Origin: Paragordius varius
Taxonomy: Eukaryota > Animalia > Nematomorpha
Direction of reading: 5' to 3'
Assembly (NCBI GenBank): GCA_964247055.1
Contig: OZ176056.1
Location: 7,750,001-7,814,000 of the forward strand
Length of the DNA: 64,000 bases
The notes below the pieces were generated by a model, which worked only from the letters and a program-made list of their open reading frames with translations, ran no database searches and was not told where the DNA came from. The translations under genes and the position numbers were made by a program. Shown in pieces: positions 54,102 to 64,000 of the stretch (positions are counted from its first letter, which is position 1; every line of letters starts with the position of its first letter).

Positions 54102-56349
54102 TAATTTTTAAAGGAAAAATTAAGTTTGAAAATATTGTAGGTTTTACCTTTTCGTAAAACTTCAATTAAAACTGTATTTTTTGAATAATAAATTGACTAT
54201 ATTCAATTAAAGAAATTTTATTTTATGCAGAAAATTAATATGGGAATTATTCGTCAAATAAAAATTTATGAGGCTTGAGCAAAACTATTTTTTGCTGCTA
54301 AAATTGGATACTAAAAACTATAATAGTCGCGTGTATGAATCTAAATTCAATTATTAAAACCTAAATATTTATATATATAAAAATTTTTGACTAAAATCAA
54401 AATGAATATGGAAAAAATGTGTCCAATAAATTTTGTAGATTTCGAGGTTTTGCCTGGTTTTTAGGTATTTTCTTTCCTTTCCCTGCAGAACGTCTGGACT
54501 TAAATTTCAATTTTCTGTCAAAACTTTGGATATTAATAATTTCGGGACCTTTATAATGTGGGTTATTTATGCAACGGTCTATGGACAAAAATCTTTGTGT
54601 TGACATAATAAATGAGGTAAGCAAGTTCCTTGTTGATCACTTTCACCACACGTTTCATTTATATTCTTTAAATAATATAATATGAATGATCATTTAGTGA
54701 TATTAAGATACTGATATTAAAACTATGTAGTTAGTATTTACCTACTTTCTATTGAATAAAAATTGCGCATTTTTACTACCTAGTATTGACTATAACAAGT
54801 ATTTCACGATAAATATCAATTTAATTAAAAAAATTTTTTCAACACTATTTTACCATGAGTATTTATTAGAAATGAAACTACCTAGTGCTTATAAGAATTT
54901 TAAAGTTGTGTACCATACTAGCTCATAGAGTTTTTTGATATTTTACAAATTTATTTTTTTTGAATATTTTTATAAAAATGCATAGCACATATAAATTAAC
55001 CGAATGCCTAATATTTTCTCATGCCCTTAATATTAATGAAAGCAATATTAATTATATGACAAAAATAGTTTAAATTGTTTTTATGTATATTATACCAAGT
55101 GCTTTCATAGGTTCTTAACTGTTTAACACTCCATAACCTTTTGGGGTAGTTTCGGGGAATTCGAAATTTGAATATCTTAAGAATTTAAGGTATAAAGATA
55201 AAGTGACCAGATAGGCTGTTTTTCGCAGTACAGTACTGGGTTTTCGAAAAAAAACCGCGCCTGTACTGCGCTGACTTTTGCACTGCTTTTTGAAATAATT
55301 TTTTTTATAAATATGTCTCAATTACCTTTTATTTATACAATTTTTTTTGTAATTTAGAGTACCCTTTGTTAAAATAAAAAAGATGGTTCCTTTTGCGGTA
55401 AAAAAACTATGGCCATTTTATACTTAAAATTTTATGTTCTGCTCAAATATCCATGAAATTGGGTTTTGGACCGGCTCATAAAGGACATTCGCGCAGTGGC
55501 GGAACTATAAATATCAGACTCCAGATTTAGGCTAATGGCCCTTTCGCTCAGGGCTTCCGCAAAAGCGACCTCAAATTTAAAATCAACATAAAATAAATTT
55601 ATATTTTAGTGCTTTGATGTTTTGAAAATTCCTTACATTAATATTATATGTACATATATTTAACATATGATATAAATATGTGTACATACATTTATATTAA
55701 ATTTTTAATAAATTTTTGAATATTTTTAATTGTTTCTAATGAGAAATAGTAGCGAACAATATCATTTAATATAACACACCGAAAATCTGGTGTAAAAAAT
55801 AGAGAGTAAGTTTTAATTTTGTACTGTGTCAGGGTTCTAAATATCTGGCCACATTTATAAAGCCGAATTTAAAAACATGCTTTTTTAGCTTTTTAGACGC
55901 ATTTTACAATATTGTAAAAAATTTTTGTAAAAAAATCTTCATCTCAAAATTTTTTGAGGTCATTTATATATAATTATTTAAAGCGACAGATAAAATGTAT
56001 ATTATGGTTAGAAAATGTATATAATTTACTTTAAAAAGCTTTTAGATTACAATTTACCAGTCAAACTTGATATATTTTTATTTTAACAGCTGTTCACTTC
56101 AATTGTGTTTTGGAACTTTTCTAAAGACTCTAGAAGTCACAAAACTGTAAAAAATATAAGTTATTCTAATATATGAGAACAATGTTTGATGTGAGCTTTG
56201 GGATATGAAGCAACCCCAATATGTCAACTAGAACAAAAAGTGAAAGGTCATAAAGATATAAAGAGAATTTGCGATATGCAAAATTAAACTACAATAACCT
56301 ACATTTTAAGTTCACCAAAAACTATTTAAGTAATTCTAGAATGCTTGAA

Positions 56350-57287
56350 AAAAAAAACATTTGTGGTACGCATTGCCATTAGAAGAAAAGGGCTTTTTAT
56401 CGTTTATCAATAGAAACATATCGTAAACACTCAATTGATTAACATGTGAGCATGATTTCACCTGAAAGAATATGGGCGCTCTGGTAGATCATACAGTTGC
56501 AAAGACCCTAAAGGACCCGATTGAAACTTAACAACAGTAAACGATATACGGTTATAATGAATATATGTCTACGAGCAATGAATTTACCGATAAACACTAT
56601 AAATGGGTTACACATAATTTTAATTAACGTCAGATTGCAAAGTTGACTGTGAAATCCCACTTCGATGTCACAAAAAAATATTTTTATGACGGAATCGGGA
56701 CAGGTAATTATAAATGACTTTATTTTGTCCAAGCGGAGAAATCGTTAACTTTCCAAGCCGGTCAATTCATACCAATGTCAAATCGCTTCGGCAAGAAAAC
56801 CTTTATAAGTCTTTGGTGGAAAGCGGTACGAACTTTTTAGGTCCCGTGAAATTATCAATACACAACATTATCGCTAACAATACCTAATTGTAACCATACA
56901 ATGATCGAAAAACAACCGAAATTAACGCGAAACACGGGAAAGTTATTTGTTAGATGTTTTTCGCACAAACAGAACCAGTGAATACACCTTAAAATCGCTT
57001 TGATATGATTTAGGCATCCACTAAATTCTCCGGATCTGGTGCCTTCTGACCACTAGAGCTTTGCATCAATAGAACTCTCACAGAGCAGCACTTCAATAAT
57101 TTTAAAAACGGTGGATGGTTTTACAAATGGTTTTCTGCGTACGACAATGAATGTTTCTGAAGCATTCATACAATACCTGAGAGCTGGGCAAAATGCCTAG
57201 AAGCTGATGGACAGTATTTTAAATAATTAATTAATTTTCTTTAATTACATTTGTTACTGAAAAACCGTTAAATAGGAATCCACCTGT
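56350..57287 (+). mobile_element. Degenerate mariner element
   Basis: HPLNSPDLVPSDH and ESWAKCLEADGQYFK*; shares aaatcgcttcggca with the 34-kb relic; TIR-like ..aggaatccacctgt. Confidence 0.72.
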
Positions 57288-58097
57288 TAAAACCAGGAAG
57301 GATGCCAAAAAAATATGTTATTTAGCATACGGAGTCTCGAAAAATAAAAAAAATAAAATTTAATATAAATCATTATTTTAAATAAATTACATCTTTTATC
57401 ATATAACATATTATAATGGTACCTTTTGTCTTTCTTTAACACACGTGCCTCCGAATTAAAATCAAATGTGTCATCATTGACTTCACACATATAACCTTTA
57501 GAACAGCGTCCAAAAATCCAAAGGGTCCACGGCAACTTTCTCCAAGCACCTACCAGATATTCCAAAAACTAATTTATTTTTAATGGTAAATTTATATCAG
57601 AAAATGCAAATAATTTTGTAAGACACTATTGAATTAGTAATTATATTCGTAAATCATGCGTCATAATACATATATGTGACAAATCTGGAATAAAAGATGG
57701 AATATTTAAAATAAATATTTTTGAATAGATATTCGCCAGCTTTTAAAATCCCACACTGGGCTCCCTAAGCAAATTGATTTTTAAAAGTCAGCTGTTTTAA
57801 AATTGTTAAAAATACAATGATAGTAAAATTAATTTTTTAAAAAAGAAACTTTCTAAGTTGGTATTTCAATAATCTTCGACAATTATAAAGAAAACTCTTG
57901 TAAAGCATCTGATTCGAAATAAATCAAAGTACTTTACCTAATTGTTTTAACCTTTTGTAGAATATATTTTACTAAGGGTCATTTTGGTCTAGAATTAGTT
58001 CATAGTTCAGTATCTTTTGGGATATGTAATTAAGCAGTTGGATTCAGAAATTAAAAATTTAATTTTTTGAGGATAAAGAAAATATAAAGATATTTAG

Positions 58098-58177
58098 CAG
58101 GGTTTGGAACCGGTTCAAAAAAGTGGAACCGGGTGGTTTCCAATGGAACCGGTTCTTGTTAAAAGTTCCCAGCCCTG
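58098..58177. mobile_element. 80-bp hAT-type miniature element
   Basis: TIR CAGGGTTTGGAAC / GTTCCCAGCCCTG; perfect 8-bp TSD ATATTTAG at 58090-97 and 58178-85; internal GGAACCGG repeats. Confidence 0.85.
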
Positions 58178-59752
58178 ATATTTAGATTTAAAATGAATTG
58201 AAATTTATTTGAACTAAGTTTTAAAATGTACTTATAAAGAACCCTTTTTATCGAACGGGTTTACAATTTTTAATATATAAAAACTGTTAAGTGCATAAAC
58301 TAAGCGTTTTTTAAAATAATATATTTTTGAATCCAGACAAATTCTACGGAATTTAAATGATCTTCTTTCAAAAAATTAATTTTTTAAATTAGGGGTACGC
58401 TATGAAATATCATAATCTTATTAAAATAAATATAATGCATTTTTTACTTTCAGTTAATACATTAAGCAAACTTAACATTGAAGGCAACATTTTTCATCCA
58501 AACGCAACACTTGATAAGTTGTCTTTGCTTGAAAAATGTTGCTTTTGACTGAAAAATGGTAATCTATTGATTTGCTGAAAATTTATCCATTTTAATAATT
58601 TTGGAAGTATTTAGTTTAAAAACACACCGTTTATTTTGAGATTCTAATTATATACATCATTACATATTTTAAAAGCTGGTAATTTCCGTACCCCAAACTA
58701 TTGAAACATTTTAGATATATATTTTAGAAAAACAAAATAATACTAATTTATGCTTAAAAAATTATTTCATCAAAAATAATAAAGCTTATAATGTATATTC
58801 CTTAACCTTCTTACAAACATCACAGCAATTGAGGCATCTCTCCCAACATCCCCTTTGCAATCTGCCGTTATTTACAGCGGTTTACATTCACCATCACTGC
58901 AAGAAAGTCCATTTATGCTTTGCATTGAGGCAAAATAAAAATATACGTTTTATTTCATTTTAAACTCAACACTTTTTCAATCAAACTCAAATTATTTTTA
59001 TGTTAAATTTATTTAAGCAGTGAGTTTGAAAGAAAAAATTAAATGTTGTATATATAAATCACCTTTTGTTTAAAATAAAATCAAAAATGTAAAATTAAAT
59101 TTGTGTTAACATAAAATAGTAGAACCGTTTTGATTCAATAAATATAAAGATATTTCAATACAATAAAACAATTTGATTGGAACTTGAACGCTTTGGGAAA
59201 TTTATTAAACTGATGTGGTTACACTAAAAAATTGAAAGCAAATTGTATGTTTTAAATTTTTTTGTAATTTTTACTGTTAAAAAATCTATACATAAAATGA
59301 TACATTTAAAGTTGGTAAATCATGGAATACGGTGGATCTTGATATAAGATATTATCCGTATCATGACACCACTTGGTATTATAGTATTTGTGAACATTTA
59401 AATTGTTGATTTTATATGATAAGTTTTAAAACTAATAAAACTAGCTAGTTTTTTAGATAGGTCTCAACCTTGAACGATTAATCGAATGAATGTATGATAA
59501 TCACAGCAAGAGTTTAATTAGAGAGACGCTGTTTAATTATAAATAATGAGAGAATTTTTTATGAAGGGTATACGTGATTAAAACAACAAAAGCCTTACTT
59601 AACAATGATAAATTAAATCTTACCTGGTAACTTTCATCATAATTATAAATATCATTACTGATAACATCACAGGACTTCCAAATGGATATATTTTAAAATA
59701 AAATCTAAAATTAAAAAAGAACAAACAAAAATTAGATTTAGATACACATATG

Positions 59753-59755
<3 letters not shown>

Positions 59756-59797
<42 letters not shown>
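59756..59797. repeat. (TA)n microsatellite (others at ~3792, 13363, 16383, 40306, 48907)
   Basis: Direct reading of the sequence. Confidence 0.9.
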
Positions 59798-59801
<4 letters not shown>

Positions 59802-60420
59802 GCCGATTTATCAACATTGTTGTCAAACTGTATCAGTTATATCGTCCCGTAAATGTTTAAGTGCCCTCTTATTATGTATAAAACTCAAATTTGTAAATAA
59901 CAATTAAAGGTTAAAATTTATTTTTTAATTTTTTCTCCAATAACTTTGGCTCTAAAATGTTTGCTTAAAAATGGCCTAATCATATATAGTTAATATACAC
60001 CCTCTTTTTATAAACGATTTACCCGATTTCGCCTCGCAAATTGAATAAATATTTGATTAACAATTTTGTATTGTTTTATTTTACATTACAAGGTAAAATA
60101 TGTTGGTATTTATATCAATCGCTATAAAAAACGTGATTTTAAAACGGGCATTATGATAAAAATATAAAATTTATAGTGAAAATTATATGTTGAGTTACAT
60201 TATGCAACAGCCATACTACGTATATTAAATGATATATAAATTATGTCAAATATTAATTGCAACAACAATATTTCCACTATTATTCTTTGGCTATACAGTT
60301 TCATAGTCTTTTGCCGCATTTCTTTATATTTTTTATGGTTTGAGTGAGTTTTCCTATTCCTGATTTTTAAATAAGTCGAAAATATAGGAATACACTATAT
60401 TTTTATTTTATTGTCGTATA

Positions 60421-60616
60421 TACCTTTTACACTTCAAATTCACCCTCAGTTTAAATATTCCTTCTATTTTTAAAAAATAAAATTTTGTTTGCAATTAAAA
60501 TAATATGGAAAAAATAATCAACTAAGCCATAAAAATATATTTCATATTAATAATGAGTTATATAAGCCTGAAAAAACATAATTTATTTTTAGGGTGAATT
60601 TGAATTGTAAATGGTA
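60421..60616. mobile_element. 196-bp MITE with TACC(A/T)TTT termini
   Basis: TA|TACCTTTTACACTTCAAATTCACCCT .. AGGGTGAATTTGAATTGTAAATGGTA|TA. Confidence 0.82.
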
Positions 60617-61827
60617 TAATATAATTATTTACTATTGTTGTATTTGTCTAGTTATAATTACAGTATGCACATTTGGCTCATCCATATTGTAGGTCAATTT
60701 GCAACATATGTAGTGTATTAATAAAAATCGAGAGAGTGATGAACAGATTTTTCCTATCATACAAAGCGTTAATTTTTATTATTTATTTAATTATGGAAAA
60801 AATATAGTTATAACCACACGCAACCTTCTTACCAATTGGTTAACAATAATGTGAATGGGCCAGGTGTGCATACTTTCATAACCAATTGCTAATACACGAT
60901 GTGAAGTAAAAGATTAATTTATAATATATAGTGGAAAACGCCATCTTTATTAAAACATTTTATGGAGATTATTTTCTTAGCCTACCTTAGGAATAAATTG
61001 TTTTATTTCTACTAATTGTTGTTTTTGTTTAGTTTTACCTTCATTTCTTTTTGTGTCCGTGGTGTCTTAGGTAGATATGGCATCTTAATCGCCCTGAAAA
61101 GCAATAATTGTTTTATTAATTAAAAATAGAAAATACATGTATATTTTATTGATATCTACATGCTAAAAGTATGAAAGTTTAAACTTATTGGATTGGCAGC
61201 AGACATAAATTTCAACAAAACTATCCTACTATCAATCTATTAAGCTATAAAATAATTTTTCAAACTTATAAATAATCCTTCTAAAAAATTACTAATTCAA
61301 TTTTAATAAGCTTCATATGGTCTAATAATTTAGCAGGAAGATAACGTGGCTGCGCGGCATTTCACTATATCTCGTTAACATTTTAGAAGAGTTGCATTGT
61401 GGAATTAATAAATATTAACTCTTTCTTTTTATCAATCTCACTAAAATTACGTTGTGTATAAAATGAGTTTTGATAATAATTTCAAGTGGTAAATTGTGCA
61501 AAATAAATTTTAAAATATTTATTTATATGTTTGATTAAAATGATGTTTTGGGCCAAAATGATATAGTATCTTTCAGTTACGATTAATCATCAGTCATCCT
61601 TCAAAAAGGCGCCATGTTGCATTCGCAACACGTTTCAAAAAGTGTTTTACAATCATATCTATCATATTAAATAAAAAAAGTAATTCATAGTGCTAGATTT
61701 TCATTTTAGATACTGAATGCTTATAAAAATATATTCACTATCAAAATTTTTTTTATAAAAGCTTACGTATCGAAGTTTGTATGAATAAAATGTTATTATT
61801 TCCTGGAAAAAAATCACTGAATTAAAG

Positions 61828-62106
61828 ATGGTTAAGTTTATTATTATACAATATTATAGGTCCTGTCAATATTAGTTTCGAGTGTCGTATAATAAATTAC
61901 AATTTAAAATTATAGAGATATTTAGTAAAGCCACTCTATGATGGCAGTTTACGTTGGATGAATTTAACATTCGATTTTCGAAAGCTGATGATCTTGATAA
62001 CTAAAAATACTATACCTCAAAAACTACATTTTGACCCAAAGGTTTACATAAAAATTTAATTTTACAGGAAAACATATATAATGTAAGAGCACAGCTACGA
62101 CATTAA
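61828..62106 (+). CDS. Candidate small gene (64 aa if complete; possibly the 3' end of a longer gene), unknown function
   Basis: Exons 61828-61830, 61860-61886, 61916-62041 and 62068-62106, joined by phase-0 GT-AG introns of 29, 29 and 26 nt: MVLSILVSSVRYLVKPLYDGSLRWMNLTFDFRKLMILITKNTIPQKLHFDPKENIYNVRAQLRH. No homolog recognised. Confidence 0.42.
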
Positions 62107-63916
62107 ATTATAAAATAAATTGGCAATCGATTCCTCTTCGGAATTCGGAGTCGAATTTGATTCGGTCTTTGGAGAAGTTGTGATGCTGCAAACTAGTTTA
62201 TGGTGCGTCCAATGTTTAACTTGACAATCTTTGCTACAATACCAAACTGCGCGACATTTACCACATAACATTAGCTTTTTGATTACCGCGTTGTTATTTT
62301 GGTTTTTATTATTGTTCTTATTTATATTTGCATTCGAAAGAGTTTTGTTTTCATCAATCTGGGTATTATTGTTTGGTTCAAAATCACAATTTTTACATTT
62401 CAATCCCTCATCCCTGCAAATAATATATCTATGAGCATAAACTAAATAATAATTAGAGATTAAAATCACAAATTAGCTCTTTTTATAAAATATTAAATTT
62501 TGTTAACCGGTAAGCATTTTCAATACAATTTTGTTAACCGGTAAACTTCCTTTAAAAAAAAAATCATCCACAACTACAATTGTTATTCAGTTATAAAAAT
62601 TTAAAAATGTATGGCCATCTTCAATAATAGTTTTTTTAGTTTTTCTATTTGTATTTATGTATTTAATTTTTACTGTAATAAAAAATATGGCATACTCTTT
62701 GCACAAAGTGCACATACACCTGAATTTATGTGAATGCCATAATTTCAGCCTTCGGCTTTTTAAATACATTTCGCTTTCAATGAAACCAATGTAACTTGTG
62801 GTAATCTCTTGGCCTTGTGGGATAAACCGTTTTGATAAACAATGCAAACCAATTGAATTATTTTTCTTGGAGCTATGGACATAAAAATACTTGTAAAAAA
62901 TACAATTGATTAAAATAATAACTTTGACTGCTATTTAAAGTAACCAAAGGCTTATCAAAGATAAATAATATGGTATTGATTTAAAATTTTCATATAGTTA
63001 GTTATCCCAAATAATGATACAAACCTATAGATTCAAATTATTTTATATGTGTGTATTTGCGAATCTACAAAAAAGTAAATATATCAAACTTGGTGATTCC
63101 AATTTTTTTTGAAATGTCGTCCGATGCAGAGTTTGAAATTATCGAATTACGGTCACAACTATGGTTAATGCAGGATTGAATGACAAAAATCCCAGAAAAC
63201 TCGGGATCTTTCATATAATTTTTCTCGGCCATTAGTTGGAACCTCGTTAAAAAAGCGAAGGCATTTTGAGGGCAATGTATACCTAATTGACTATACAAAG
63301 ATTTCATATCATCTACAAAGAGATGAGAAGCGAAAGCTTGTTCATTCTTCATTATAATAAAGCATATAAGGGCAAATTCCCTGTCAGAAAGTTTGAAAGC
63401 TTTAACATTGTTTGGATTGGTAAGGAGGTCAAATATATTTTTGGTATGATGCATAGTTTGCATACAAACGCTTATTTGCAACTCACTTGCGGAGGATGTA
63501 AAGGATCCCAAAATTTTACGTATAATGTAAAACCCTAAAATGGACATCTCATTGCCAAAGGGTAAATGGTTTTCACTATCTTTGCCTCCGGCCTTGGATT
63601 TATTTGTGATTAAAGTTTTACAATAGCTATTACGATTTATATCTTTGATACCTTGGCAAATTATTTTAATTAAAATTAGGGGATTGGTATTTGATGGCCA
63701 GCCTGGTTGATGAGTATCCTTTAACGATAGTTGAAACAATTCTTTGAATTTTGTTTTGGCACTTTCCAAATCCTCTCGTCCTTTATGGTTAGGATTTTTG
63801 GTGCAAACAAAGGAATGGAAAGACTTCCAACTGTTTTTTCTGCATTCATTTGAGCAATAAAACTCTTCATGACATTCATCGCAAGGAATAGATTGCTTGT
63901 AGCATTCAGACCATTT
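62095..63916 (-). CDS. SET and MYND domain protein (SMYD family) with an extra C-terminal MYND finger; 5' part outside the window
   Basis: Exons 63916-63090, 62872-62696 and 62413-62095 are phase-consistent. MYND CDEC..YCSNECRKNSWKSFHSFVC; SET GIFVIQSCINHSC..GQEITTSY; post-SET FRCMCTLC; second MYND CKNC..CGKCRAVWYCSKDCQVKHWTHHKLVC. Confidence 0.9.
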
Positions 63917-64000
63917 CTAAAATATATAAGTACAATTAATTATTTTCCTCTCGTAATGCTGTTTATTTGGCAATGAATAAAATATATACCAAATAATTTA

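Larger units (their letters stand above)
54397..58958 (-). pseudogene. Single IGFBP-domain (neuroparsin/SIBD-like) secreted protein gene, disrupted
   Basis: Exon 58958-58807: MK*NVYFYFASMQSINGLSCSDGECKPL*ITADCKGDVGRDA(fs)NCCDVCKK. Exon 57549-57423: VLGESCRGPFG(fs)FGRCSKGYMCEV. A further exon at 54665-54397: NINETCGESDQQGTCLPHLLCQHKDF(fs). Cys spacing fits C.CC..C....E.C......G.C.....C. Confidence 0.65.

Noticed and set aside
54579-54604. 26-nt GT-AG candidate intron in the IGFBP-like exon
   Set aside because: It restores the frame but removes the Cys that gives the expected C-x5-C spacing, and the donor is poor. A 1-nt deletion explains the data better. Not counted as a micro-intron.
61828-62106. 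Calling the small gene mitochondrial ribosomal protein L33
   Set aside because: Only the length and a KL..HFDP motif resemble it; too weak without a search.
62673-62695. 23-nt GT-AG candidate intron after the post-SET motif
   Set aside because: It yields DKN-stop, whereas the acceptor at 62414 is phase-compatible and adds the MYND exon. It could at most be a minor isoform.
63065-63089. 25-nt GT-AG candidate intron in SMYD
   Set aside because: Splicing it gives a stop six codons later; the acceptor at 62873 keeps the frame and completes the SET domain.
1-64000. Assigning a species or phylum
   Set aside because: Gene content indicates an animal, and 26-nt introns recall dicyemids, but the TE load and long introns are not diagnostic. 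A sequence search is required.

Overview
This is AT-rich animal genomic DNA with spliceosomal introns, not prokaryotic; I found no CRISPR, rRNA or tRNA. Host genes I could assemble by hand: (1) an M14A carboxypeptidase A-type gene (+, at least 6 exons, 1013-12894, 5' end not found); (2) cystinosin (+, ~23.9-25.7 kb); (3) two paralogous aminergic-type class A GPCRs (+, 34.7-35.8 kb with one frameshift; 45.0-46.1 kb intact); (4) a disrupted single-IGFBP-domain gene (-, 54.4-59.0 kb); (5) a SMYD-type SET/MYND gene with a second MYND finger (-, 62.1-63.9 kb, running off the window); (6) a possible 64-aa gene (+, 61.8-62.1 kb). The rest is dense transposon sequence. It includes a Ty3/Gypsy element inserted into another Gypsy element, itself inside a TIR element; non-autonomous Helitrons with ~158/316-bp internal tandem arrays; several TA-flanked MITE/foldback families; three mariner relics; an IS630/Tc1-like transposase pseudogene; RTE LINE tails; and an 80-bp hAT-type element. 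The main result is ultra-short GT-AG introns: two of exactly 26 nt at ancestral positions in cystinosin, two of 22 nt inside the IS630-like transposase, and 29/29/26 nt in the small gene model. They coexist with multi-kb, TE-filled introns. All coordinates, translations and alignments were done by eye; no searches were run and the species is unknown.
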